Assembly: GCA_028279585.1 (NCBI GenBank)
Contig: JANQNL010000166.1
Span: forward strand, 27-64,026
Length of the DNA: 64,000 nucleotides
Source: Thermoplasmatota archaeon
GTDB lineage: Archaea; Thermoplasmatota; Penumbrarchaeia; JANQNL01
Direction: 5' to 3'
Position numbers and translations under genes: made by a program. Shown here piece after piece: positions 55,801 to 62,430 of this stretch. Positions within the stretch are counted from its first letter, which is position 1, and every line of letters begins with the position of its first letter. Under the pieces are notes generated by a model, which did not search any database, was not told the origin of the DNA, and saw only the letters and a program-made list of their open reading frames with translations.

Positions 55801-57601
55801 CATCGCCTTCGACTACGAGATGAACCAGGAGGCTACAGAGGCAGCCATCAACTTCTCCGGTGATATGAACTTCACATACGACTGGAGCAGCAATGGTAAG
55901 ATCCTGACCATGACACACGACGACGACTTCGAGTATAACACGGACTACACCGTCACTGTCATGGACACAGCCAACGCAACAGATGGCACCATGATCTTCG
56001 CCGAGTATGCGTTCAGTTTCACCACCATGGGTGTGCCTGCGGCAGAGCCAGAGTGGTGGATCATGGGAACCAACAGGGAAGACATCGTCAACGAGACCTG
56101 GTTCAACGACACCATCGATATAACCTTCGATGTGTTGATAATCAGCTCATCCGTAGTAGAGGAGAACTCTACACACTCCAACGCTACGACCACATACGAG
56201 TTCAGCGGAACCTGCAGTAGCGATGTGAACGTTGTCTACATCTACTTCGGTGCCCAGCTCAACGATGATCCGTTCACCTACTATCCGTTCTACGACATGG
56301 AGACCCTCGACAAGCTCGAGATCATCCCAGAGGATGGAGATTGGGAGTACAAGTATGAGAGCTGGATAGTCTACGAGACCCCTGAACCTGTAGATGGAAC
56401 TGATGGCGGCGACGGCGGCGATGGTACCACGGATGTCTATCACTCCTGGTATATGGCTGTCGGTTGGACCGACGGTGGTTTCGATTACGCAGAGAAGGAG
56501 TTCATGCCAGGCGGTGGCGGTGACGGCGGCGGCGGTCCTGTAGAGGTCGATCCAGAGTGGGTCGATCTTGGTATCCCTGATACGGAGATAGAGGACCAGG
56601 ACCACTTCCTTGGCGCTGTGGATGTTGCCTTCACCGAAGCTTCACAGGTCATCAAGACCGTTGATAATGGTGATGACACCTCAACAACCACCACAACCTG
56701 GACCATCAAGGGAACCTGCTCTGATAACGTCACTGTTGTCTACATCTACTGGGGAACACAGACCAACGAGGATGACTTCTCGTTCTCACCGTTCTACAAG
56801 CCAGGAACCATAGAGAAGCTCGAGATCGATGCTGCTGATGGCGAATGGGAGTGGACCGACGAGTCAGAGGTCACTTATCCAACACCAGATCCAGTGGATG
56901 GAGCTGATGGAACTGACGGTACCGACGGAACGACCGACACCTTCACGACCCACATGCTTGCGGTTGGATGGGCACCAGAGGGCTGGGGTTACCAGACCAC
57001 TGAGCTCAGCAACGAAGCCGGCGGCGGTGGCGGCGGTGGTGGCGGTGGTGGCGGCGGTGGCGGCGGTGGCGGAGGCGGCGGCTCCGGCGGTATCGGCAAT
57101 CTTGGATTCCTTGGCTATGGTATCTGTGGTGGCCTGTGCTGCATTGTGCTCATCATTGTGCTGATCATAATCGTGATCGCCATAGTGGTTGGCAAGGGCA
57201 AGAAGAAGAAGGCCGCAGCAGCTGCCGAGGGCGAGGCCGAAGGTGAGGATGGAGAGACCCCACCACCACCAGAGGACGAAGACGGTGAAGTACCACCACC
57301 ACCAGAGGGTGAGGAAGGAGAACTTCCACCTCCAGATGAGGAGGAGGGAGAGCTTCCACCACCTGATGAGGATGGCGAGGAGATCCCACCACCGGAGGGT
57401 GAGGAAGGAGAACTGCCTCCACCAGATGAGGAGGAGGCTGGAGAACTTCCACCACCAGACTCTGAGGACGAGGAAGCCCTCGAGATGGATGACGACGCCG
57501 ACGAGGACGAACAGGCTCTTGAAATGGACGACGACGCGGAAGCGGACGAAGACGATGAGATGTTCGAGATCGACGACGACGATCCTCCACCACCAGAGTA
57601 A
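52862..57601 (+). CDS. large (1579 aa) surface protein: carboxypeptidase-regulatory-like beta-sandwich repeats, two copies of the membrane-proximal domain shared with 42811..46200, 21-Gly run, TM, and a (E/D)-rich PPP-repeat tail
   Basis: AGGAG lies upstream of the ATG. The signal is LVCLIMLVALATSGIVFIS. Repeats resemble GKVTDNATGLGLPGVTVTAIG..TDMNGDYAMNV. The TM is LCCIVLIIVLIIIVIAIVV followed by GKGKKKK. The tail has GEEGELPPPDEE-type repeats. Confidence 0.8.
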   Translation: MYAKRLVCLIMLVALATSGIVFISTATEQAVQGPETRDVQSRAGFINLSGYIKLKPGNTPIADNTVMLTGPETNTTVTMADGFYTLNLDGNLKGDYIMMIGGKMEVTLKLEPDMYYWYNTSFEPHFPKVNSLDVNAFEFGTSNAVDPFSVTATVVDAWGLSHTDSAVGSGGTATLNLPNGTANLMLSSAGFHTTYFGVTVPDSTTVDVDMMKYPALPDEDSSYTGTVYSEDGARATTPIVNASVSVSGYTYANPEDWFVNSTYTDGAGVYDMNLPAGSYDVSVYTHGGIPDVTSTLDFQTGLYFNTTATINRDFTLDEVPLVEVTGHVTETGASSTDIAYASIYVQQADWTNTTTTDMNGDYSILLQPGPADFDIGGPSGYHSLEFAYTVPGTGGTKDFTLDKEEEDHPISGKVTDNATGLGLPGVTVTAIGDFYNTTITDMNGDYAMNVTAGEHSIMVMRKHYMGTDSKDVTITHTRAPSATVNFAIDPYWPDHFWVNGTVQKNSIGVYPAHVAFTGTTSMGMEIWQTFYVNMDGDYYAYLPRGAYTATADDPNYDNVYKPEKKDIVLTADMTLDFDMWARPVMVYELFGFVYDAEDSSDIIDWQVDVDNEDPDEKIHKNFPLTDDKGFYRTYCTDGTYTIDVMVPGYKPYLSKDNAISADTEHHIGLSRMGTENNTVQGTIYDENDSPITASITLYDVDNGMTVANSTEGSTYDFLCYDGNFNITAEGNGGLVAWQHFSISGEQTLVINLSLIPSANITGYLNGSDGVNYTVLSDFEVFLLDDMNMTFDSTMTNESGYYEFMDLDVGDYYIFVNETPLWVWHLSEEQVLARDADIEYNMTLDAKPTPPPFVNITGYVEYFDGPLDGMPAAGANVTLYDEMDAELATVMVDEWGFYNISDVESLKDHYLNFTPPTGLEADVGTDPGYLFFETEIFQLGRNGTFDATLDYWELPPGGMVNVTWTSPLNDAEMVDIGADVIIAFDYEMNQEATEAAINFSGDMNFTYDWSSNGKILTMTHDDDFEYNTDYTVTVMDTANATDGTMIFAEYAFSFTTMGVPAAEPEWWIMGTNREDIVNETWFNDTIDITFDVLIISSSVVEENSTHSNATTTYEFSGTCSSDVNVVYIYFGAQLNDDPFTYYPFYDMETLDKLEIIPEDGDWEYKYESWIVYETPEPVDGTDGGDGGDGTTDVYHSWYMAVGWTDGGFDYAEKEFMPGGGGDGGGGPVEVDPEWVDLGIPDTEIEDQDHFLGAVDVAFTEASQVIKTVDNGDDTSTTTTTWTIKGTCSDNVTVVYIYWGTQTNEDDFSFSPFYKPGTIEKLEIDAADGEWEWTDESEVTYPTPDPVDGADGTDGTDGTTDTFTTHMLAVGWAPEGWGYQTTELSNEAGGGGGGGGGGGGGGGGGGGGGSGGIGNLGFLGYGICGGLCCIVLIIVLIIIVIAIVVGKGKKKKAAAAAEGEAEGEDGETPPPPEDEDGEVPPPPEGEEGELPPPDEEEGELPPPDEDGEEIPPPEGEEGELPPPDEEEAGELPPPDSEDEEALEMDDDADEDEQALEMDDDAEADEDDEMFEIDDDDPPPPE
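57020..57082 (+). repeat. GGY trinucleotide microsatellite encoding 21 consecutive Gly
   Basis: There are 63 nt of GGC/GGT/GGA codons in frame within 52862..57601, immediately before the TM helix. Confidence 0.9.
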
Positions 57602-57628
57602 ACACAAAAGCACATTGACAAATAGAAA

Positions 57629-57687
57629 TCGATTCACCCTATGGTGTAAGCAATTAGCTGTGGGGTGAATCGACCTTTCTTTTTTTG
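57629..57687 (+). terminator. hairpin plus T-tract downstream of the 1579-aa gene
   Basis: TCGATTCACCC (57629-57639) pairs with GGGTGAATCGA (57663-57673). CCTTTCTTTTTTTGTGATTTTG follows. Confidence 0.6.
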
Positions 57688-57758
57688 TGATTTTGTGGTT
57701 ACTCTTAGACTCGTTTTATTTTCTTTAAAATCTGCAGAAGCGTAAGCCATATCGGGTC

Positions 57759-58676
57759 TTACTTCTTCTTTCTGAGGAGATTGCCGAACAACTTCTTCCG
57801 CTTCTTGGGCTTCTCCTCTTCTTCATCTTCATCATCGTCCCAGTCGTCCTCCCCACCCTTGAACTCCAGGTACGCCTTGTAATCCTGAAGCGGATTGTCG
57901 TTGTCCTCCCATTCCTCCTCCTCCTTGGCCCTCTGGAGCTCTGCTGCCTCCTCTTCTGTGAGGGTGCGGGCAACGACAACGGGTTCCTCCTCTTTCTTGA
58001 CAGTTTCGTTCCACCCATCAGGTTGCTGTCGGGAGACCTCCATAGGTCTCCCCTTCTCATCGAACATCTCACCGGTCTTCTCGTTGAGATATCCACGACA
58101 CTTGGGACAATAGTAAGCTTTACGGCCTGGGATGTAGGCTGTGGATGAACAGCACTGTGGGCATAGGTGGGTCTTTTTATTGAACCCGTTCGGAGCGCAT
58201 TCTGCGAATCCTCCGTTCGCAGCTGGAGAGGGATCATACCCAGGCTGCGACTTGGGTTCCATGAACTGCCGGACGTCTGGCTCATCATCATAATACTGCT
58301 CTGTAGGTCTGGAATAGCTCTGATCGTTGCAATTGGGACATACAGAGTTCTCGTCCTGTAAGGGTTGACCGCATTTAGGGCAAGCATACTCGACATCATC
58401 GAAGTCTATGAGCTCCTCGATACGATCAAGGGCTTGTTCGATCCGGTCGAGGCGCTGGTTAAGCTCAGCTATGTCGGAGGCGGTATCGTTCCAATCGATG
58501 CCCGCTTCTTCCTTCTTCTCCGACCCCTTTTGTTTGGCAAGCTCCCGCTCAACGGCTCGCTTGACGGATTCCTCGATGAGCCCGGGTAGAACATCTTTGA
58601 GCGACTCCTCGAGTGCCCATTGAACTCGGGTCTCGAGGTCGTCCTCTGCTGTCTCCCTATCCTTTTTCTTGGTCAT
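57759..58676 (-). CDS. soluble coiled-coil / zinc-ribbon protein with acidic and Lys-rich C-terminus
   Basis: ATG 58676; the ORF track starts at GTG 58703. There is a helical N-domain. Zinc ribbons are CPKCGQPLQDENSVCPNCN and CPQCCSSTAYIPGRKAYYCPKCRGYL. The protein ends DDEDEEEEKPKKRKKLFGNLLRKKK and has no TM. Confidence 0.55.
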   Translation of the reverse strand: MTKKKDRETAEDDLETRVQWALEESLKDVLPGLIEESVKRAVERELAKQKGSEKKEEAGIDWNDTASDIAELNQRLDRIEQALDRIEELIDFDDVEYACPKCGQPLQDENSVCPNCNDQSYSRPTEQYYDDEPDVRQFMEPKSQPGYDPSPAANGGFAECAPNGFNKKTHLCPQCCSSTAYIPGRKAYYCPKCRGYLNEKTGEMFDEKGRPMEVSRQQPDGWNETVKKEEEPVVVARTLTEEEAAELQRAKEEEEWEDNDNPLQDYKAYLEFKGGEDDWDDDEDEEEEKPKKRKKLFGNLLRKKK

Positions 58677-58736
58677 GGTCTGCAGACTGGGTATCGGAGG
58701 CACTTGGTAATATCATTTACGGGTTCGTAAACGGTT

Positions 58737-60908
58737 TTATCCCGCAAAGATCGTTGTGAAGATGAATATCGCCACAATGGTTCCCATGACCGCTTCACCC
58801 ACCATGAGGCCTGTTGCCATCATGTATGTCTCGAGCAGTTTGAGGGTCTTTTGGCGTTCGTCCCAGTTCTCCATCTTCACCTTGGGCTCAAGCCAATACT
58901 TCTCCCACAGGTCCCTTGCACCGCCACCAAGGAGCATCGGTATCTGGATGGATAGGGGCAGATACATACCAAGTCCGAAGGCAGTGCCCATTCCGATGAG
59001 AAGCTCCAAAAAGATGCCAAGGATGATACCGAGGATGAACACAGGCCAGTCCACAGCACCGGACATCATCATCTTTGAAAAGATCACGAACGCGTGTGCC
59101 TGGGGGGCTGCTAGAGGGAGGTCGCCTCTGGCAAGGAGGATAGAGAGGACCACAGCACCCACACCCGCGATGATACCGCCAGGCAGGACACCCAGACTGA
59201 GCCCACGGACCAGATGCATTGGTCTGTTACCACAGTAAAGACCGTTCTTGAAGTCCAAGACGATATCTCCAGACATGGAAATGGCTCCTCCGAAGACCGT
59301 GGTCCCGATGAGTGACATGATAAGGATCTCTGTGGAGCCCATCTCCATGACATTGAGCGGTCCCAAGCGTCCTATACCGAAGGTCCTTCCGATGAAGGAT
59401 AGGGCACTGAACACGATGATTAGAGTGAGAAGAACGATGAATGATGTGGCGGACACTGGCTCTGTGCCAGTCTCTCCCATGACCTTCACCGCTATTGCTC
59501 CAAGGAGGAAGGTCGAGGCAACAAGCAGGAAGGAGAAGATGAACGAGGAGATTATCGGGAAACCTCCAATGGAGAAAGCAAGGAACACGACGAAGAACGT
59601 GACAACGATCATCACCAGAATGTGCTGTGCGGGCCACTCGTACCATCCCTTTTTCGGGATGAACGGGGTCTTGTTCGCATCGTCACCACCACCGCCACCC
59701 TTGAGCTTGGCCATGTCCTTGAAGACCGTGAAGAACACAGGGGCCATCTTGATGAGGGCTGTCATGCCGCCACCGAGGATACAACCGATAGCCATCACTC
59801 GGGCAACGTCGTACGCTGCCCAGGCAGCGGTCATCCCGAAGATGTTGGCGTTCTCCGCAATGAAGTAGACGTCGTAATTGGCATTGTATATGGGCACCTT
59901 CATGAGGATGACCATGGGGACGATGAGGAACCAGGTGAAAGCGGTTCCGAGGAAAATGAGGACGGCGGTCTTGAACTTCATGAACCAACCGATACCGAAC
60001 TGTATCGGGATGAAGCCGAACGCCAGATGAGTAAGACCTAGAGCGGGCGAGCTGTTCTCAATTCGTTCAGGAACACCTATCTCACCCCAACCCCACCAAT
60101 CAGAGCCCCCGGGTATCCTGTCAAAAGCGAAGTCGAGGATGGACATGTTACCGCCGATGGGCGTGAAGCCTCCATCTTTGAACAGTGGGAAGTCACGAAG
60201 GAACGTGAACAGGGCTGTCAGGCCACCCCAGATGACCGCTAATCGTACAGACTTCTTAGCCTGTTCTGTGGCCGCTCCGGACCTGGCTTGCGCCATATCA
60301 AGTAATTTCACAGTTGCCTCGAAACCAGGAACTGGGAGGGGGTCCTCGACCAACCATATCCGTCTGAAGACGATGAAGTACATGATGCCGAGAAGACCCG
60401 AAGCTATGGTCGCAACGATCGCGATGGCTACGATAGAGTTGGGAACGCTAGAGATGAGCGGTTCACCGTTGACGAACTCTTTTTCGTCCAGGGCCATCAG
60501 ATATATGGCCGGGAACGTGAACACGAACCCTGTGCAGATCATTGCTGCCCCGTTCGAGGCAGTACTCGTTATATTTATCTCCGAGGGTTTCCACTTCAAC
60601 GCCATACCCATGAGGTAGACGATGTACCAGGAACCTGCAACCACCATTCCGACCTTCAGGCCAACATACTGGTTGATGACCGCGAACAATGAACCGATGA
60701 GGATGGCAATACCGACCTTCCACCAGGTCCATGTTGAGTGGTCGAAAGAAAAGATCCTGTTCTTGTGGTCAAGGTACTGTTCGAGAACTCCTGTGTTGAA
60801 GTTTGCGAACATCTCGTGGTCGAACCATTCCAGGGTCCCTTTTTCGATCTTGCGCAGGCCGTTGGCTGAGACGGGTTGTCTGTAAGCCGACTTGCGCACG
60901 GTTCCCAT
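58737..60908 (-). CDS. OPT-family oligopeptide transporter
   Basis: 723 aa with about 16 hydrophobic helices. The N-proximal INQYVGLKVGMVVAGS segment and overall size match my memory of OPT-superfamily conservation. Confidence 0.7.
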   Translation of the reverse strand: MGTVRKSAYRQPVSANGLRKIEKGTLEWFDHEMFANFNTGVLEQYLDHKNRIFSFDHSTWTWWKVGIAILIGSLFAVINQYVGLKVGMVVAGSWYIVYLMGMALKWKPSEINITSTASNGAAMICTGFVFTFPAIYLMALDEKEFVNGEPLISSVPNSIVAIAIVATIASGLLGIMYFIVFRRIWLVEDPLPVPGFEATVKLLDMAQARSGAATEQAKKSVRLAVIWGGLTALFTFLRDFPLFKDGGFTPIGGNMSILDFAFDRIPGGSDWWGWGEIGVPERIENSSPALGLTHLAFGFIPIQFGIGWFMKFKTAVLIFLGTAFTWFLIVPMVILMKVPIYNANYDVYFIAENANIFGMTAAWAAYDVARVMAIGCILGGGMTALIKMAPVFFTVFKDMAKLKGGGGGDDANKTPFIPKKGWYEWPAQHILVMIVVTFFVVFLAFSIGGFPIISSFIFSFLLVASTFLLGAIAVKVMGETGTEPVSATSFIVLLTLIIVFSALSFIGRTFGIGRLGPLNVMEMGSTEILIMSLIGTTVFGGAISMSGDIVLDFKNGLYCGNRPMHLVRGLSLGVLPGGIIAGVGAVVLSILLARGDLPLAAPQAHAFVIFSKMMMSGAVDWPVFILGIILGIFLELLIGMGTAFGLGMYLPLSIQIPMLLGGGARDLWEKYWLEPKVKMENWDERQKTLKLLETYMMATGLMVGEAVMGTIVAIFIFTTIFAG

Positions 60909-60997
60909 GTGACCACCTGTCGCGTGGTGAAAATATCAAGCCAGGACCACTCGACGTTCGAGAATAATATTACAATAGATAAAGGTACGCTTAGCGA

Positions 60998-62125
60998 TCA
61001 GGATTGATACTTAGAGACGAAGTCCTCTTTGAACTCGAGGAACGTCCCTTTCTCGATGTGTGTCCTGATATCTCGCATGAGGGAGAGGACGAAGTGTAGG
61101 TTGTGCAGGGTCGCAAGTCTCCAACCCAGGGTCTCGTGGGTCTTGAATAGATGCAGAAGGAAGCTTCTGCTGAAGCCCTGGCATGCTGGGCATGTGCACC
61201 CTTCCTGGATGGGGCCCAAGACACCTTTGAAGTGAGTGGCCTTGATGTTGATGGGGCCATTGGGAGTGAACACCGTTCCGTGCCTTGCGTTCCTGGTCGG
61301 GAACACGGAATCGAACACGTCGATGCCCATGGAGATGCACTCGAGCATCTGCACGGGGTCCCCGACTCCCATGAGGTATCTCGGCTTGTCCTCGGGCAGG
61401 AGATGCATGGTCTTTGACATGACCTCGTACATCTTTTCCAGTGGCTCGCCGATGGAGAGACCGCCGATACCATATCCGTCGAAGTTCATCTCAGCCAGGT
61501 CCTTGGTGCAGCTCGAGCGGAGGTCGACGTCGATGCCGCCCTGGGTGATGGCGAATAAGAGCTGCCTGTCGGGTCCGTCGCCGTGGACCTTCCTATGTGC
61601 CTTGAGGGACTCATGTGCCCAGACAAGGGTTCGTTCGACCGCACCATTCAGTCGTTTCTCGTCGCAGCTGTGGGGTGGGCAGTCGTCCAGGACCATCATT
61701 ACGTCCGGCGCGAGTACCCTGTTGGTCTCCACCACCATCTCCGGTGTGAGGAGGGTCTTTGACCCATCGTAGGGTGAGGTGAATAGGACGCCTTCTTCCT
61801 TGACCACTGGTTTGAACTCATCCCGGATGACCTGGAATCCGCCGCTATCTGTGAAGATCGCCGTATCGAGCTGGGAGAATCCATGGAGTCCTCCTGCCTG
61901 TCCGATGGCCTCGTTCCCTGGCTGTAGAGACAGGACGAACGAGTTGGAGATGACCATCTCGCATCCCAGGTCGTGTACCTCTTTGGGGGAGAGGGTCTTG
62001 ACCGCCCCCAGGGTCGCCACCGGCATGAAGACTGGTGTGGAAACCTTGCGGGTCATTGTGGAGAGGGTCCCTGCTCGGGCGTTTCCGGAGGTTGAGGTGA
62101 CCTGGAAGGGGGATGTCATTGGCAT
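60998..62125 (-). CDS. tgt: tRNA-guanine transglycosylase, catalytic (TIM-barrel) domain only
   Basis: 375 aa. Motifs are TPVFMPVAT, TDSGGFQV, GYGIGGLSIGE, PRYLMGVGDP and GIDVFDSVFPTRNARHG. The Zn site is CTCPACQG..HLF. No PUA or C-terminal extension is present. Confidence 0.9.
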   Translation of the reverse strand: MPMTSPFQVTSTSGNARAGTLSTMTRKVSTPVFMPVATLGAVKTLSPKEVHDLGCEMVISNSFVLSLQPGNEAIGQAGGLHGFSQLDTAIFTDSGGFQVIRDEFKPVVKEEGVLFTSPYDGSKTLLTPEMVVETNRVLAPDVMMVLDDCPPHSCDEKRLNGAVERTLVWAHESLKAHRKVHGDGPDRQLLFAITQGGIDVDLRSSCTKDLAEMNFDGYGIGGLSIGEPLEKMYEVMSKTMHLLPEDKPRYLMGVGDPVQMLECISMGIDVFDSVFPTRNARHGTVFTPNGPINIKATHFKGVLGPIQEGCTCPACQGFSRSFLLHLFKTHETLGWRLATLHNLHFVLSLMRDIRTHIEKGTFLEFKEDFVSKYQS

Positions 62126-62167
62126 GCGAAGTCACCTATGAAAGAAAAAGGTTGTGTAAGAACCGTC

Positions 62168-62200
62168 CCGAGCGAGCAGGGGAGCGGGGGAGAGGCTCTT
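62168..62200 (+). repeat. G-run-rich element, left half of a split intergenic copy
   Basis: CCGAGCGAGCAGGGGAGCGGGGGAGAGGCTCTTC. Confidence 0.55.
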
Positions 62201-62330
62201 CGATAAGTTTGCTTCGTCATACCATTTGTGTCGCAAACTTATCGCTCCCGTCGCGATATCCCGTCGATGGCAATTGATATCGCCTGGACATCGATGTTAG
62301 GTTGAGATTCGCTGCGACATAAACATCGAT

Positions 62331-62385
62331 GCAGCGCAGCGAGGGCTGGGGGGCAGGTGGTGGGTTGGTCGGGGACCACGAATGA
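62331..62385 (+). repeat. G-run-rich element, right half of the split intergenic copy
   Basis: GCAGCGCAGCGAGGGCTGGGGGGCAGGTGGTGGGTTGGTCGGGGACCACGAATG aligns by eye with GCAGCGAGCGATAGGGGGGAGGCTGGTGGGCCGGACGGGGACTCTTCAG of the 36158 copy. Confidence 0.55.
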
Positions 62386-62414
62386 AAGCAAAGGTGGGGC
62401 CCGAAAGCCCCACC
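62381..62414 (-). terminator. hairpin plus T-rich tract downstream of the thermosome gene
   Basis: On the minus strand, GGTGGGG-CTTTCGGG-CCCCACC is followed by TTTGCTTTC, beginning 16 nt after the stop codon. Confidence 0.55.
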
Positions 62415-62430
62415 AGATCGGAGTATCTTC

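Noticed and set aside
57020-57082. A tandem repeat that might be taken for a non-coding satellite or CRISPR-like array
   Set aside because: It has 3-nt periodicity, lies in frame inside a long ORF (a poly-Gly linker), and has no spacers or repeat-spacer architecture.
42811-57601. PGF-CTERM / archaeosortase-type or other C-terminal sorting signals on the surface proteins
   Set aside because: The C-terminal TM helices are not terminal. They are followed by tails of 60-250 aa, and no PGF/PEF-type motif precedes them. The architecture is a type I anchor, not a sortase tripartite signal.
62138-62206. A 22-codon mini-ORF (MKEKGCVRTVPSEQGSGGEALR) that reads the left half of the split G-rich element in the same frame as the tail cassettes
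   Set aside because: It is too short, has no RBS, and starts 13 nt from the divergent tgt start codon. It is noted only as a curiosity supporting the shared-frame observation.
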